Part shown: positions 62,434 to 64,000 of the stretch, in pieces
Layout: the number at the start of each line of letters is the position of its first letter
How positions within the stretch are numbered: the stretch's first letter is position 1
Source: Ostrea edulis
Taxonomy: Eukaryota
DNA length: 64,000 bases
Assembly (NCBI RefSeq): GCF_947568905.1
Contig: NC_079172.1
Location: 59,706,001-59,770,000, forward strand
Reading direction: 5' to 3'
The notes under the pieces: model-generated
Seen by the model: the letters and a program-made list of their open reading frames with translations, nothing else
Told to the model about the DNA's origin: nothing
Databases searched by the model: none
Made by a program: the position numbers and the translations under genes

Positions 62434-62985
62434 ATGAAGAGTAATTCTTTACAGAGTACCATGATGACAGATTGTTGGATTTGTGGGCTAAGGTTTGGAT
62501 CTAACAGGGATTTGAAAAACCACATGATGTCTTCTCATAGAACAATGAAAGTTATATGTCCATGGTGCCCAGATGAGAGGACATATAAAAGAGTAACCCA
62601 CTCAAGAAGCCATGTTAAGACAGCACATCCTAACCAACTAGCCAAATACCCTTCTGACCTGATTTCTGAAAACAATGGCACCTGGTTCAGCCTGAACCCA
62701 GAGGGATATGGGCGACTTGCAAATGGGACAGAGTGGGGAAGCACACCTACCACCCATGCATGAGTTCTGGTTTTGGAATGGCTTCCCAGAACCCGATGAA
62801 CCACTCGAAGAAAAGATGACTGGCAGAGGGGCTGGGATAACTTGAAGAAGGCTACAACATGCCTACACCCAGAAACCGTCACAAGAGAAGCTTCTTTCCA
62901 ACCTGATTATGACGATGAAGGCCTCAACACCATTATGTGTAGTGCATGCTACACACCAACTGCCCCTGGAATAGAAGAACTGTAA
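62434..62985 (+). pseudogene. Extra ORF between integrase and 3' LTR with two C2H2-type zinc fingers
   Basis: CWICGLRFGSNRDLKNHMMSSH and CPWCPDERTYKRVTHSRSHVKTAH. The frame continues through two stops to about 62985. Confidence 0.7.
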
Positions 62986-64000
62986 GTCCTACATGTTTTA
63001 TTAAGGCAGCGAAAAAATTTGGATATACATTGAACAGGATAGCGCCAGATCTTCAAGATAAACATCGGGGATGCCATTCTGTCTGATGTCTAGGCCATTG
63101 CTAGCCTATCTAGAAAAATGTCGATCCAGAAAACAAATGAGGCCCCATATAACGACAAAATTAGAATGATGTGCGTCACTTCCTCCACCATCAAGTCGAG
63201 GCTGACTAAATTTACAGGTATCGAGTCAAACTACGTGTACACGGAATCGGTGTATGTCTGCTGAGCGGGAAACTTTGAATTGACTGTGATCACTGAGAAG
63301 CCACATAATATTATTATGTAAACATGATATACATACTGCAGTTAGAAATCTCCTACCACACTGGACGACCAAAGACAACTTTCTAAAGATTCAGCTTTAT
63401 TTATTAAGATATTGTAATGGGGCTACACATTCTGAAGATTCAGCTTTACTTATTAAGATATTGTAATGGGACTACACATTCTTGTACAGTTGTGTTTACA
63501 TGTATTTATCTATACTTGTATTGTTTACAGGTGAATTAAAAATGAATAAGACTGACAACTTTGAAGATTATTTATCAATGGAGAGCCTAATTAGGTGAAT
63601 TTAATTTGAAATAATGCTGGAGATTCAGAAACAGAGCCACGCCCTCAGGCAGCTTACAATAAGAAAAATCTAACAAGACTGTCTTGAACCAGAAATTTTA
63701 TCTTACACCGGTAATTATGTGAGAAAAACAATTTTAATGAAATCAAAACAACAAAGAGAACGAATTCTCATATGATTGGTCAATACGTCTTATTTTTGTT
63801 CATGTAAATAGAAACAGAACCTCACCCAGTTGTTGTTTCCATCAGTGTAGCATACATCTTTAACACACTCGCTCGTACAGGTCGGTTTAAAACTGACCAA
63901 ACATGCAGTTTTCTGTTGCTGATCTAAAAAAAAAAACTTATACATGATACACAAGAACTCTAAAATTAGCGAAAGGCCATCGACGTTGTCACCATTTACA

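Larger units (their letters stand above)
59776..63658 (+). mobile_element. Internally deleted Ty3/Gypsy LTR retrotransposon
   Basis: The 5' LTR TGTACGG...TTTACA (59776-60125) is followed by PBS-like TCTGATGTCAGAAGTGGGAT. The 3' LTR ends ...CAGCTTACA (63658) and shares GAATTTAATTTGAAATAATGCTGGAGATTCAGAAACAGAGCCA. Gag and integrase remnants lie between. Confidence 0.88.

Overview
AT-rich eukaryotic genomic DNA, most likely from a bivalve of the true-oyster type. This is inferred from the repeat families; no database search was possible. Much of the window is transposon debris and tandem arrays. Retroelements: about 11 pieces of one Penelope-like family (RT with no C-terminal endonuclease, Naiad-like), two L1/Tx1 3' fragments, tRNA-derived SINEs, and an internally deleted Ty3/Gypsy element with an extra C2H2 zinc-finger ORF. 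DNA transposons: a full-length but decayed mariner, several TTAA-flanked (Kolobok/Sola3-like) elements, Helentron-type elements and MITEs. There are also more than 10 minisatellite or satellite arrays. Host-gene evidence is fragmentary: a decaying plus-strand LRR/LRRCT gene (6.5-9.6 kb), a frameshifted multi-exon DUF4806-like gene (12.5-13.6 kb), and the 3' exons of a minus-strand single-pass membrane protein gene (28.1-34.5 kb). I found no rRNA, genuine tRNA gene or CRISPR array. I cannot demonstrate a new biological system. The best leads are a 13-copy array of the exact Penelope 3' terminus, a 4.8-kb TTAA transposon carrying an unrecognised spliced gene, the Gypsy zinc-finger ORF, and a (TTAGGG)3 tract at a duplication junction.
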